Part shown: positions 41,849-51,252 of the stretch, piece by piece | Position numbering within the stretch: position 1 is the first letter of the stretch | Layout of the letters: every line of letters begins with the position of its first letter | The notes under the pieces: model-generated | Told to the model about the DNA's origin: nothing | The model's input: the letters and a program-made list of their open reading frames with translations, nothing else | Databases searched by the model: none | Made by a program: the position numbers and the translations under genes | Assembly (NCBI GenBank): GCA_965198175.1 | Contig: OZ240245.1 | Coordinates: 960,001-1,024,000, forward strand | From: Candidatus Poribacteria bacterium | Lineage (GTDB): Bacteria > Poribacteria > WGA-4E > PCPOR2b | Direction of reading: 5' to 3' | DNA length: 64,000 nucleotides

Positions 41849-43102
41849 CTATGATTGTAACCGCAGAATTAAAGGGTAATCTGGCACCTGTAAGTTGTGG
41901 ATAACGGTCCCGTCGTTTTCTCCTTCAAACAACAATTCCTGCTCGAAGCCGTCAAGCACATCAATGCCTGTTACTCCCTTTACGGCAACTCCACGGCAAA
42001 ACAATACCGCGCTTACTCCAGGCGCATCTTCAACCGGTACATCATCTGTCCAAAGCGCAATTAGCCGGTCACCGTTGGGCAGGGAAAAACTATAATGCTT
42101 TAAATTCGGCGCCCTCGTCCGAATTTCGATTGGGGATGTCGCGCTTTTTGCACCTGCCAGAATCGTGCACAGCCGGCGAAAGACTTCAGGACAACTACCA
42201 GGAAGTATAGGAGAGACAGTGACGATGACATCAAGACCCAAATGCATCACAACAGCTCTCGCCAAGTATTTTGCCGAGGCAACTTCTGATACCAGTTTCG
42301 ATGGGTCCTCTGCAGCTTGCTCCGTACGCCACAAAATTTCTTCGACCAAATACTCGCCTGAGAATCCGTGATCGGTTGCTAACGCCTTAATTTCTTCCAC
42401 CATCTTAGGGTAATTCCGATAATAGGGATCGTCTGCTCGATGCCCGTAGAGAGGATGCCAAGAGATACCATCCACCAATGTCGCGACACCTGAACAGATT
42501 ACCTCCATTAGATAGTCGTGATGAAACGAATAACGTCCGAACATACCGTAGCCAGGGAACCTTTGTTGCCACCATCCTCCAGTCGCTCCAATGACAACTT
42601 TCGCCTCCGGATATTCCTCTCGAATCGCCGGCACAGTATGCTTGATGAGTGCGGTATAGTCGACTGCGGCAATGCGCCCCCATGGAGTACCTGAGTCGGG
42701 CTCATTCCAAATTTCGTAGTATTGGACGCGGTCCTTGAAGTGCCGCACCATAAATCGGGCGTACTCGCGATAATCATCCATTTCCTCCGGGGTTCTCAGC
42801 CATGTGTCTTTGGGGCGATCGGTCCCTAATCCAACGCCTAGGTTCAGAATGAACGTTATGCCACCGTTTGCTAACTCAGTAATATACTGCTCTGCTTCGG
42901 GAGCGACGACATAAGTTCCCGGTGCCCGCCTCACACGGTGCCAATTGAGTGCCGTGTCTCCCCAAAACGCTGTCCTTACCCATTTCAGCCCCAAATCATA
43001 GAGTTCGTCAGCTACTATCGGGTAGTCGCCACCGTAGTCTCCCCCAATTCGGTTGTCTGGAATCTCGGTCGATTTCTTCGTCTCTATTTTCTTTCGGATC
43101 AT
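41849..43102 (-). CDS. Glycoside hydrolase, clan A (GH5/GH39-like)
   Basis: LGLKWVR, YYEIWNEPD acid/base motif, ISWHP, LVEE. Confidence 0.7.
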   Translation of the reverse strand: MIRKKIETKKSTEIPDNRIGGDYGGDYPIVADELYDLGLKWVRTAFWGDTALNWHRVRRAPGTYVVAPEAEQYITELANGGITFILNLGVGLGTDRPKDTWLRTPEEMDDYREYARFMVRHFKDRVQYYEIWNEPDSGTPWGRIAAVDYTALIKHTVPAIREEYPEAKVVIGATGGWWQQRFPGYGMFGRYSFHHDYLMEVICSGVATLVDGISWHPLYGHRADDPYYRNYPKMVEEIKALATDHGFSGEYLVEEILWRTEQAAEDPSKLVSEVASAKYLARAVVMHLGLDVIVTVSPILPGSCPEVFRRLCTILAGAKSATSPIEIRTRAPNLKHYSFSLPNGDRLIALWTDDVPVEDAPGVSAVLFCRGVAVKGVTGIDVLDGFEQELLFEGENDGTVIHNLQVPDYPLILRLQS

Positions 43103-43323
43103 TGCGTTTTCTCAGTTCTAGTTTATAGGGTGTCGCGTTCAGCCTGATTCTTGAGATGACCGTCGAGCACCCTGTCTGGAATTTTAACGGCTATCAAATC
43201 ACCATTCTCTTCTCGCCGGTCTAATCCTCCGCTTGCTCAAAACTTATTGGAGCGACAAAACCCACGGATCTGTCGTAATTGCGTTCAGTTTTGACGTAGT
43301 ATGTCAGCTATCAGGTGAAGGCC

Positions 43324-44376
43324 TCATTGGCTAGGCACACCAATTCGTCGATTTGTCAAAAAATCCTCGAGTTCCTCAACAGTGTCGAAGATTTGCTCAC
43401 ATAGATTTTCAAAGAAAAGACTACGCGCATGGGAATGTACAGCATAAACAGGCTTGTTGTAGCGCGATGCAAAATTCATCTCGCTCAACACGCCGGGTGA
43501 AAGCTTATCGGTCGGGTAAATGACAACAACAAAATCGCTTTGACGGATGAATTGATAATCTCTTGATATGGTGCGAGTCTTGATTTGCTCGCTAGAGCTC
43601 TGATCAAGGCGACTGATGGTCGTGATTTCGGTGTCACCTGTTCCGTCTTGTCCGCCCGATGGTGAAAGCTGCTCTTGGTGGACTAGCTCCATGTCTTTGA
43701 TAGAGAGCGGATCAAATACGATGAAATCCTTATTCATTTTCTCGCCAAACGAGCGAATTTTCTCGATTTGATCGACAGATTCTCGGATAAGCGTGATTGG
43801 ATAACTTAAATAGAATTTCTGCTTGCTTGAAAAGAGCAAATCGTAGAAATTTTCCAGATTGTGTTGTCGGGAAACCGTATAGTGAGGCTTCCCTTTGAAA
43901 CTTGCGAGTTGTTTGGTCAAGAATTCCTCTTCATCAAGCCAGACGTTTATCTCTCCACGTTGCATTCCCGTCCATTGCGGGTTTTCCTGCATACGCTTTT
44001 CGATGTCTGCAAGGTTATCCACCACGTTGATGAAGACATCTGCCGGAAAACTATCGATCTCTCGAAGTGCGATTCCTTCCACGAGCACACCCCGCCAGCG
44101 AAAGCAGGTGTGCAGACCAATTAACGCATGATCAGCATTATGGGCGAGATTAGCAATTTCATAAAATGCAGATCGGCGTGCTAATGAGAGAACCGCGTGA
44201 TCAGAATCTAGCACCTTTTCTGTAAACTTGACTCCTGATTCTGCGGCAGTGTGTTTCATGTAATCTCCGACGTTGAAAAAACCAATCTGCACATCTTTCT
44301 CGCGGCAGAGCGGTTCAAAGTCTGCCATCAGTTCTTTTCGCCCTGAGCAACTGATGCCTGTGCAAAGGATGTTCAT
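43324..44376 (-). CDS. P-loop NMP-kinase-like domain fused to a nucleoside 2-deoxyribosyltransferase-like domain
   Basis: TGISCSGR degenerate P-loop; YLSYPIT...RDYQFIRQSD...SPGVLSE.NFA...KPVY. Confidence 0.6.
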   Translation of the reverse strand: MNILCTGISCSGRKELMADFEPLCREKDVQIGFFNVGDYMKHTAAESGVKFTEKVLDSDHAVLSLARRSAFYEIANLAHNADHALIGLHTCFRWRGVLVEGIALREIDSFPADVFINVVDNLADIEKRMQENPQWTGMQRGEINVWLDEEEFLTKQLASFKGKPHYTVSRQHNLENFYDLLFSSKQKFYLSYPITLIRESVDQIEKIRSFGEKMNKDFIVFDPLSIKDMELVHQEQLSPSGGQDGTGDTEITTISRLDQSSSEQIKTRTISRDYQFIRQSDFVVVIYPTDKLSPGVLSEMNFASRYNKPVYAVHSHARSLFFENLCEQIFDTVEELEDFLTNRRIGVPSQ

Positions 44377-44503
44377 ACTATATCCCCGTTATAGCCACTG
44401 CGACTAAGAATTACACATCACCATTCAATCCAATCAAAAAGGGGTGTCAACAACTAGTGAAACCTTGAAAACTATCGCGCTCCTTATCCAGTCGCTTGAT
44501 TGT

Positions 44504-45505
44504 TCAGAATCGCATGAGCAGAGAGATTCGGTGTGCATCGCCTACATCTTCGTTTGGGACGAAAGCATAGTCGAATTGGAAGTGTAGGTTTTCAAGGGAG
44601 GCTTTTCCCTTGCGGCGAACGCCGATCCCTCCTGTTAGACCGTTTTTCGGATTCTCTCCTTGACTGACACTATACCCTACCCGTAGGGCGAGGACATCAT
44701 AGAACCAATTCTCGGCGCCGATATGGAAGGTCGGGAAACCGCTGAGAATTGGGATATCTACATCGGCGACGATTGCAAAAAGATCTCGCGCCGGTTTCGG
44801 ATTCGTGAGGGAAAACATCTCCCCTATCTGGTAAGCGATGCCGCAACGAAGAGTCATCGGCAGATTTTCTTCCGTATTCAGGAATCCCAGATTCTGGAGG
44901 GCAAGCCCCAGCCCAAACCGATTGTTGAGAGTACGCAAAACACCGCCCAAATCAACAGCTACACCAAACGAGTCCTCAATATCAAGTTGTTGGGAGATGC
45001 CTCTTGCGGTCCCACCGATTGAAAGTTTCGGCGATACGGCATAAGCAAATGATGCGCCTGCTGCGAAGCCACCTACTACAACAGTGCTATCAGGTTCATC
45101 GGTTGGACGTGTACGACGTTCAATCTCGGTAAATGCACCGAGCAAACTAGCACCCCAAACCCCTTTGCCAACACGCTGGGCATAACCAATAAATTGGTTG
45201 CTGATATCCGCAATCGAGAAATTTTGCATGGCAGTCAGTTCTCGCGTCTGAACAGTAGTTAAGCCTGCAGGGTTCCAGAATATCGTGTTGACATCGTTGG
45301 CAAGCCCTGCAAATGCCCCTCCCATGCCAACTGGCCGACTTCCCCCCTCGATCTTTAGAAAGGCTGCGCCAGTAGTGCCGGCTTCGTCATGGATATCCGC
45401 CGCCCAACCGGAGGCAGCGATAAGAAAAATAGCGATGGTTGCTAGCTCTTTTTTGACCATTGCCCGATAAACGGATTCATCCAATTGTGCATTGATTCGC
45501 ATCAT
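44504..45505 (-). CDS. PorV/PorQ (UPF0164)-family outer-membrane beta-barrel
   Basis: FLKI..G.R..GMGGAF..LA.D...IFWNPAGL, FDYA, HRISL..RF C-terminus. Confidence 0.85.
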   Translation of the reverse strand: MMRINAQLDESVYRAMVKKELATIAIFLIAASGWAADIHDEAGTTGAAFLKIEGGSRPVGMGGAFAGLANDVNTIFWNPAGLTTVQTRELTAMQNFSIADISNQFIGYAQRVGKGVWGASLLGAFTEIERRTRPTDEPDSTVVVGGFAAGASFAYAVSPKLSIGGTARGISQQLDIEDSFGVAVDLGGVLRTLNNRFGLGLALQNLGFLNTEENLPMTLRCGIAYQIGEMFSLTNPKPARDLFAIVADVDIPILSGFPTFHIGAENWFYDVLALRVGYSVSQGENPKNGLTGGIGVRRKGKASLENLHFQFDYAFVPNEDVGDAHRISLLMRF

Positions 45506-45693
45506 AACCTCCGAATGCTTTCAAATGACTTGTCAATGTGAAGTCGTCGAGTGGTAGATGCGACCACGAAAAAATTGACGTTTGGTAGTCTAACATTTGT
45601 CGCAAATCAAAACGACCAACACCTTGTTAACCGTTTCAGTCCCCCGAACCGATGAAAACGCGAAGATTTACTTCAACTGTCCTGCCTTTCCGG

Positions 45694-46968
45694 TTATAAG
45701 GGAGAATCCTCCGGAAGCTTACACATCTGCCCCATTGGTTCAAAAATTCCGCTAACATCTCTGATAAACACATTGCCGCTGAGTATGTCTACAATCCCCT
45801 GCTGGCATTCCGGAAATCGTCTTAAGAATTGGGCGAAACTGAAGTCTTTCGTGTAGAAAGCATACACCAGCTTACGAAAGGCTTCCAGTCCTTTGACAAA
45901 CTCAGGCCCGAATTTTCCTAATTGTTCGCCGGAAAAATCGTCCTTCTCAAAAGCATCATTAATCGCGTCCGATGCCATTTCACCTGATTTCAGTGCCAAG
46001 AACAGACCCGTGGAGTAAACGGGATCTAAAAACCCGAATGCATCTCCCACCAAGATCCAACCTTCTCCGGCGATTCTGCGGGCGCGATAGGAGAAGTCTT
46101 TGGTCACTTGGACGGGAAACAGTTGCTTAGCGTTTTCGATTCGCGGTTTCAAAGGTGCACATTTTTCAAGCTCTTCTTCAAAAATCTTTTGTGGGTCAAG
46201 CCCATCGCCGCGTAACCGCCGATTCTGTATGAGATAGTCAAGTCCGCCTACCACACCGACACTCACACGGTTATAAGGTAATGGGATGTACCAGAACCAC
46301 GAATCCTTATTTTCGGTGTGAAGGATTAACGTCGCTCCTTCGTCTATCCCCGTGTCACGAGCCCCATCTTCAAAGTGAGTAAACAACGAAGCTTTCTTCA
46401 GTTCGGGTTCGGGGATATTGATTTTCAACTTTCGAGAAACAATCGCGCTCTGACCTGTCGAGTCTACGATGACCTTTGCCGCAAAGTCCGTGATACTTCC
46501 GTCTGCGACTCTCGCATTGACCCCGATTGCTCGGTCGTCGTCAAATAACACCTCGTGTACACGAGCTCCACGCCGAACTTCAACCCCTTTTTCCTGGGCG
46601 TTGTCGAGTAACATCTCGTCGAACTCGCTGCGCAACACCTGCCAAGTTACGGAGGCTTCGTGTGGATCGTTTTCAAAAAAATAGAACGGGGCAGAGGCTT
46701 TTCCTGATTTTGAATAAAACTGGACGCTATACTTTTTCGGGAAATGGCTCGCTTTCAGTTTTTCAAGTAGTCCCAGCCGCTCAAATGTCCAATAGGTCGC
46801 CGGCATCAACGACTCACCAATCTTAAAACACGGGGATTTTTCCCGTTCCAAAAGCAACACGCGGTGCCCCTTGTCTGCGACTAATGTTGCAACGGTACTT
46901 CCCGCAGGTCCACCGCCGATAACGATTGCGTCGTAGCTGTTATATTTGGACGTGTTTAATGTCTTCAT
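45694..46968 (-). CDS. Flavin-dependent halogenase-like (Trp_halogenase family) oxidoreductase
   Basis: GGGPAG, KIGESL, FPKK, WFWYIP (WxWxIP), GDAFGFLDPVYSTG. Confidence 0.85.
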   Translation of the reverse strand: MKTLNTSKYNSYDAIVIGGGPAGSTVATLVADKGHRVLLLEREKSPCFKIGESLMPATYWTFERLGLLEKLKASHFPKKYSVQFYSKSGKASAPFYFFENDPHEASVTWQVLRSEFDEMLLDNAQEKGVEVRRGARVHEVLFDDDRAIGVNARVADGSITDFAAKVIVDSTGQSAIVSRKLKINIPEPELKKASLFTHFEDGARDTGIDEGATLILHTENKDSWFWYIPLPYNRVSVGVVGGLDYLIQNRRLRGDGLDPQKIFEEELEKCAPLKPRIENAKQLFPVQVTKDFSYRARRIAGEGWILVGDAFGFLDPVYSTGLFLALKSGEMASDAINDAFEKDDFSGEQLGKFGPEFVKGLEAFRKLVYAFYTKDFSFAQFLRRFPECQQGIVDILSGNVFIRDVSGIFEPMGQMCKLPEDSPL

Positions 46969-46999
46969 GTTTAGAGGCAGCAATTAGCGGAAAACTCTT

Positions 47000-47164
47000 G
47001 TAGGTTGGTTTGAGCCAACGGCCAAACCCAACGCTCTTGAAACCTCTGGACGACAGAAAAGCGTTGGGTTACGCTATATGAATTACGACAAGTTCGATGT
47101 TTGGTGTCTAGAACGGTTACCGACGTAGGAACGACTTTAGAATTACCCGCTCAACCCAACCTAC
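47000..47164. repeat. REPIN-like element with GTAGGTTGG...CCAACCTAC inverted ends
   Basis: GTAGGTTGGTTTGAGC at 47000 and GCTCAACCCAACCTAC ending 47164; internal CCCAACGC/GCGTTGGG. Confidence 0.7.
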
Positions 47165-47173
47165 AAAAACTAT

Positions 47174-47257
47174 TGTTGCAACGGTGCTTCCCGCAGGTCC
47201 ACCGCCGATAGCGATTGCGTCGTAGCTGTTATTTTTGGAGGTATTTAATGTTTTCAT
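47174..47257 (-). pseudogene. Duplicated 5' fragment of the halogenase gene
   Basis: Encodes MKTLNTSKNNSYDAIAIGGGPAGSTVAT, near-identical to 46885-46968 (offset 289). Confidence 0.8.
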
Positions 47258-47307
47258 GTTAGAAACGGTGTCCAGTGGTCAGTATCTAGTTTTTTTGGTC
47301 ACTGCGT

Positions 47308-47784
47308 TTACTGTCGAACGCCGTTTTTGTCCCACGTTGACACAAAGCCATTGCCGTATTCATTGATACCCATTGCCGCCTGTGACTTGCCTTTGAACAC
47401 CTGGACAATCCCGCCACGTTCATTGATGGCGAGTTCCGCTGCACCCCACGATTTCCCATAATTGCCCCGTGCAGAGATACCCCCGCCGTGTTCATGGATA
47501 CCTAACGACGCCCACGATTCCCGGTCCTTGCCGCTGACAATGACCCTTCCTCCGTATTCATCGACGCCGATAAATACCTCCGCATGAAACGCTAGGCTAT
47601 CCCCATTAGGATCGAGAATCAACCTCGTTTTTCCGTCTTTATCAACCAGCCTTAAAAAGTTGCACTCAATATCCCGGAACTTACCGTGTTGGTGTTGGGC
47701 AGTTACTGGCAAGACCAACAAAACAGTGATTATACTGCCCGCCATACCGCCCACAATACCGCTGATAACCAGATACTTTTTCAT
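47308..47784 (-). CDS. VTAQ-IEC repeat family member 4
   Basis: YLVISGIVGG..PVTAQ..KFRDIEC; INEYGNG..STWDKNG.RQ. Confidence 0.75.
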   Translation of the reverse strand: MKKYLVISGIVGGMAGSIITVLLVLPVTAQHQHGKFRDIECNFLRLVDKDGKTRLILDPNGDSLAFHAEVFIGVDEYGGRVIVSGKDRESWASLGIHEHGGGISARGNYGKSWGAAELAINERGGIVQVFKGKSQAAMGINEYGNGFVSTWDKNGVRQ

Positions 47785-48668
47785 TGCAAATCCTCCTCTT
47801 TCGATATACTGACCATTGGGTATTCACGCAAATCTTGCCTGATCTCGACACGCCCACCGTGTTCATGGATACCAAGCTCCGCCATCACTCTGTCCCTTCC
47901 ATCGACACTGACAATCCCGCTGTGTTCACCGATACTAATTGACGCCTCCTTCGGTGTCCAATACCCGTCCTCCTTGTTGCCAATTACCTCGACAACCCCG
48001 CCGCGTTCACTGATGCTGAGTGACGCCTTCTGCGCCTTGTCCTTTTTGTCAGCTACCGCGACACGCCCGCCATTTTCATCGACATCGAGCCACGCTTTCA
48101 ACTCCCCATCACAGCCAGAAACATTGACAAATCCGCCGATTTCATCGATACCGAGCTCCACCTTCGCTTCACCGTCATTATAGCCATAGGCAGTGCCAAA
48201 GACGCTGACAAAACCAGCGTCTCCATTGGTGCTGAGCTCCGCCTTCAGTTCTCCTTCATTGCCCCTAACCTCGACACGCCCGCCGCCGTCTGCATAGACA
48301 TCAGTCGATAGCGACACCCCCGGTTTCCCATCATTGTCCCTGACCTCGACCCGTCCGCCGCCATCTTCATCAATGCCGAGCGCCGCCTTCACTTCCCCGT
48401 CCTTGTCCCTGAGAGTTACACGCCCGCCGCGTTCATCAATACCGAACACCGCCTTTAAATTCCCGTCATTGCCATTGACACCGATACTCCCGCCCCGTTC
48501 AGTGCTGCTATGGAGCCACGCCTTCAGTTTACCCTCCGCATCAACAACTCTTAAACTCCTACACTCAATATGTTGAAACTTAGCGAACGTAGCGCGTTGT
48601 AACACCCTGATTAAAAAACCGCCTATGACCCCGCCAATAATACCGCTGATAATCAGATACTGTTCCAT
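47781..48668 (-). CDS. VTAQ-IEC repeat family member 5 (long, about 10 repeats)
   Basis: YLIISGIIGG..KF.HIECRSL; many GGRVEV...G..KA.L.IDE units; overlaps 47784. Confidence 0.75.
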   Translation of the reverse strand: MEQYLIISGIIGGVIGGFLIRVLQRATFAKFQHIECRSLRVVDAEGKLKAWLHSSTERGGSIGVNGNDGNLKAVFGIDERGGRVTLRDKDGEVKAALGIDEDGGGRVEVRDNDGKPGVSLSTDVYADGGGRVEVRGNEGELKAELSTNGDAGFVSVFGTAYGYNDGEAKVELGIDEIGGFVNVSGCDGELKAWLDVDENGGRVAVADKKDKAQKASLSISERGGVVEVIGNKEDGYWTPKEASISIGEHSGIVSVDGRDRVMAELGIHEHGGRVEIRQDLREYPMVSISKEEDLQ

Positions 48669-48748
48669 TGCCAATTCTCCTTTGTGCTTTTGTGGTTAGA
48701 CGTGGAATCATCTTATATTTTATATTCGATAAAATGTCATTATCTAGA

Positions 48749-50062
48749 TTATGTCCTGGGGTTGTTATTGAGGCGGCGATGATCTGCGAAACGCCTAGCT
48801 TTCAGTTCAAAGCGCGGCAACGTACCATGAGGTACCGATTTAGTCTTCACACGCAACCCCAGGGCGTTGCGAATCGCTTTGACGACAGCGGCTAAAATGG
48901 CTTCGGTATCCGTTGCTCGGATTTCCAACCGAATCTCCATTTCGTCCAATTCGCCCCGTCGAAAAACGTCCACGACAAACTCGCCCACTTCAGGGAAACC
49001 GCGGACGATGTTCTCAATTGTGCTGGGATAGACATTCACTCCGCGTACAATAAGTACATCGTCTATCCGTCCGACAATCCCATCCTTCAGTTGCCTATAG
49101 CTGCGCCCGCAATCGCAATCCTCTGTTTGTAACTTCACCCAATCGCCGGTCCGATAGCGGATCGCCGGTGTACCAACCCGACCCAAATTGGTAATGACCA
49201 ATTCCCCTTCATTCTTAGGTTCACCTGTGTCAGGATTAATTACGTCGAAGATGAACTCACCTTCGTTCAAGTGAACCCCAGATTGAGCTTGGCACTCAAA
49301 CCCCCACGCACCGACCTCGGTGGCGCCAGTGTGGTCGTAACACCGACTTCCCCAGGCGCTTTCGATACGACGCTTGGTCGCTGGCAGACTCGCGCCAGGC
49401 TCCCCGGCATGGATGGTGACGCGGACATTAGAATTAGCGATGTCAACTCCCTCTGCCTCGGCGATTTCGGCGAGGTGTAGCGCATAGGTTGGCGTACAAA
49501 TTAACACTGAGATGTCATTATACCGAATTGCCCGCACCCGCTGAAGAGAGGTCATTCCTCCCCCAGGTATGGATAACGCTCCCATTAACCGTGCACCTTC
49601 ATAGGCACTCCAGAAGCCTATAAAGGGACCAAAAGAAAAAGCAATAAAAATGGAATCCGCGGAAGTTACACCGGCTGCACTATACACTGCACCCCAACAA
49701 CGAGACCACCATCGCCAACTCTCCTCGGTATCGAGCCAACGCAGTGGTTCACCGGTCGTCCCCGATGTTTGATGGAGGCGGATATACTGCTTTCGTGGAA
49801 AGGTGATGTTTGTTCCGTATGGCGGATGCGCTGCCTGATCCGCAGAAAGCTCCTCCTTGGTCGTAAACGGTAACTGTCGATAATCCTCTAGCGTTCGTAT
49901 GTCCTCTGGCGTTTCTACACCGACTTCGTTCAACTTCCGCCGAGAGAAAGCGTTGGTTTTCAACACTTGCGAAAGCATCGTCTGCAATTTCTTTAATTGG
50001 ATTTGTGTTAACGCTTCCCGATCGAGCGTCTCAACAAAAGAATCCAGATAGCTTGTTTTCAT
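48749..50062 (-). CDS. Phenylacetate-CoA ligase (PaaK)-family AMP-forming ligase
   Basis: LPFTTKEEL, TSGTTG, CTPTYA, AGEPG, RYRTGD, GRIDD...RGVNVYP. Confidence 0.88.
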   Translation of the reverse strand: MKTSYLDSFVETLDREALTQIQLKKLQTMLSQVLKTNAFSRRKLNEVGVETPEDIRTLEDYRQLPFTTKEELSADQAAHPPYGTNITFPRKQYIRLHQTSGTTGEPLRWLDTEESWRWWSRCWGAVYSAAGVTSADSIFIAFSFGPFIGFWSAYEGARLMGALSIPGGGMTSLQRVRAIRYNDISVLICTPTYALHLAEIAEAEGVDIANSNVRVTIHAGEPGASLPATKRRIESAWGSRCYDHTGATEVGAWGFECQAQSGVHLNEGEFIFDVINPDTGEPKNEGELVITNLGRVGTPAIRYRTGDWVKLQTEDCDCGRSYRQLKDGIVGRIDDVLIVRGVNVYPSTIENIVRGFPEVGEFVVDVFRRGELDEMEIRLEIRATDTEAILAAVVKAIRNALGLRVKTKSVPHGTLPRFELKARRFADHRRLNNNPRT

Positions 50063-50090
50063 ACAATTGATGCGAACATTGGCAAGTGAC

Positions 50091-51107
50091 TTAATTCCCC
50101 GCCTTGAGCATTCCCAAGAATGTAATCCATTTGCTGTTAGCTCCGACCCATAAACCGGTTCCATAGCTTTCTACAGTTGGAAGTCCTGGACCGATGCCTA
50201 CTGCAGTTCCTCCGATGGCATAGAGTATGCCATCTATGGCGCTAGTTGATAAAAACACCCGTGCAGTAGGCATGTCGGGATGCTTCGACCAAGTATCGGT
50301 TGCTGGGTCATACGCTTCTACCGTCGCGAGACCGGGCCCTGTCACTGCGGCTGTGCCCCCAATGGCGTAAATCTTCTCGTTTGCCGCGCTGGTGGATAAT
50401 GCCGTTCTTGGGGTCGGCATATCAGCCGCCATTGTCCATTTGTCGAGGGCTGGGTCATACGCTTCTACGGTGGCAAGCACAGGTCCCTGCACCTCCGCAA
50501 CGCCCCCAATCACATATATCTTACCGTCCATAACACTTGCAGACGTACCAGCTCGTTCGGTCAGCATGTCGGCTTTCCGACTCCATTTGTCCAGCATTGG
50601 ATCGTATTCCTCTACGACGGGAAGAACTGGTCCCAGCTGGTCGGAAATGCCTCCAATCGCATAAATCTTCCCATTCACTACCCCAGTAGTGAAGTAGGCT
50701 CTTGCAGTCGGCATGTCGGGTTGCTTGGCCCACTGCTCCAAAACGGGATCGTAGGTTTCTGTTGTTGCAAGAAAGGTAACGTTCGGCAGAGCGGTCCAAC
50801 CTCCAATGACGTAAATTTTTCCAGCCGCGACGCAAGTGGACATGCTTGCTTTTGCCACGAGCATATTGGGTTTCTGCGTCCATTCGTTTGAGACTGGATC
50901 GTATTCTTCAATCGTCGGAAGCGGAGGACCTTCCTCTGAGCCACCAATGGCATAAATCTTTCCGTTCAATGTACATGTGGAACACCAAAGCCTTGGGGTC
51001 GGCATACCGGGTTTCATCGACCACTCCCCCTCTTCCGCAAGGCTAATTGGTGCAAGCACACCTAACACCAAGGCTAATCCACACAGCGGAACAAAATATA
51101 TACTCAT
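50091..51107 (-). CDS. Secreted Kelch-repeat protein
   Basis: Six GKIYAIGG...E.YDP..W...MPT.R repeats; signal peptide. Confidence 0.9.
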   Translation of the reverse strand: MSIYFVPLCGLALVLGVLAPISLAEEGEWSMKPGMPTPRLWCSTCTLNGKIYAIGGSEEGPPLPTIEEYDPVSNEWTQKPNMLVAKASMSTCVAAGKIYVIGGWTALPNVTFLATTETYDPVLEQWAKQPDMPTARAYFTTGVVNGKIYAIGGISDQLGPVLPVVEEYDPMLDKWSRKADMLTERAGTSASVMDGKIYVIGGVAEVQGPVLATVEAYDPALDKWTMAADMPTPRTALSTSAANEKIYAIGGTAAVTGPGLATVEAYDPATDTWSKHPDMPTARVFLSTSAIDGILYAIGGTAVGIGPGLPTVESYGTGLWVGANSKWITFLGMLKAGN

Positions 51108-51252
51108 GACAGATTTCCTAAAACCAGTCGGGGTTGTGATAACAAGTGTTTATGGAAACTATAGGATAAGCAGTGTGATGGGAATTAAGTATTAGGTGAA
51201 TAAATGTCAAACCTGACACCTAATATCTTGAAACCTTAGACCCGCCCCGAAG

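Noticed and set aside
45633..45659. GTTTCAGTCCCC resembling the CRISPR-like repeat end
   Set aside because: Only about 11 nt match, single copy, no hairpin partner or spacing pattern
50063..50164. N-terminal extension of the PaaK-like ORF
   Set aside because: Overlaps the Kelch gene end; the family-like sequence begins at ATG 50062
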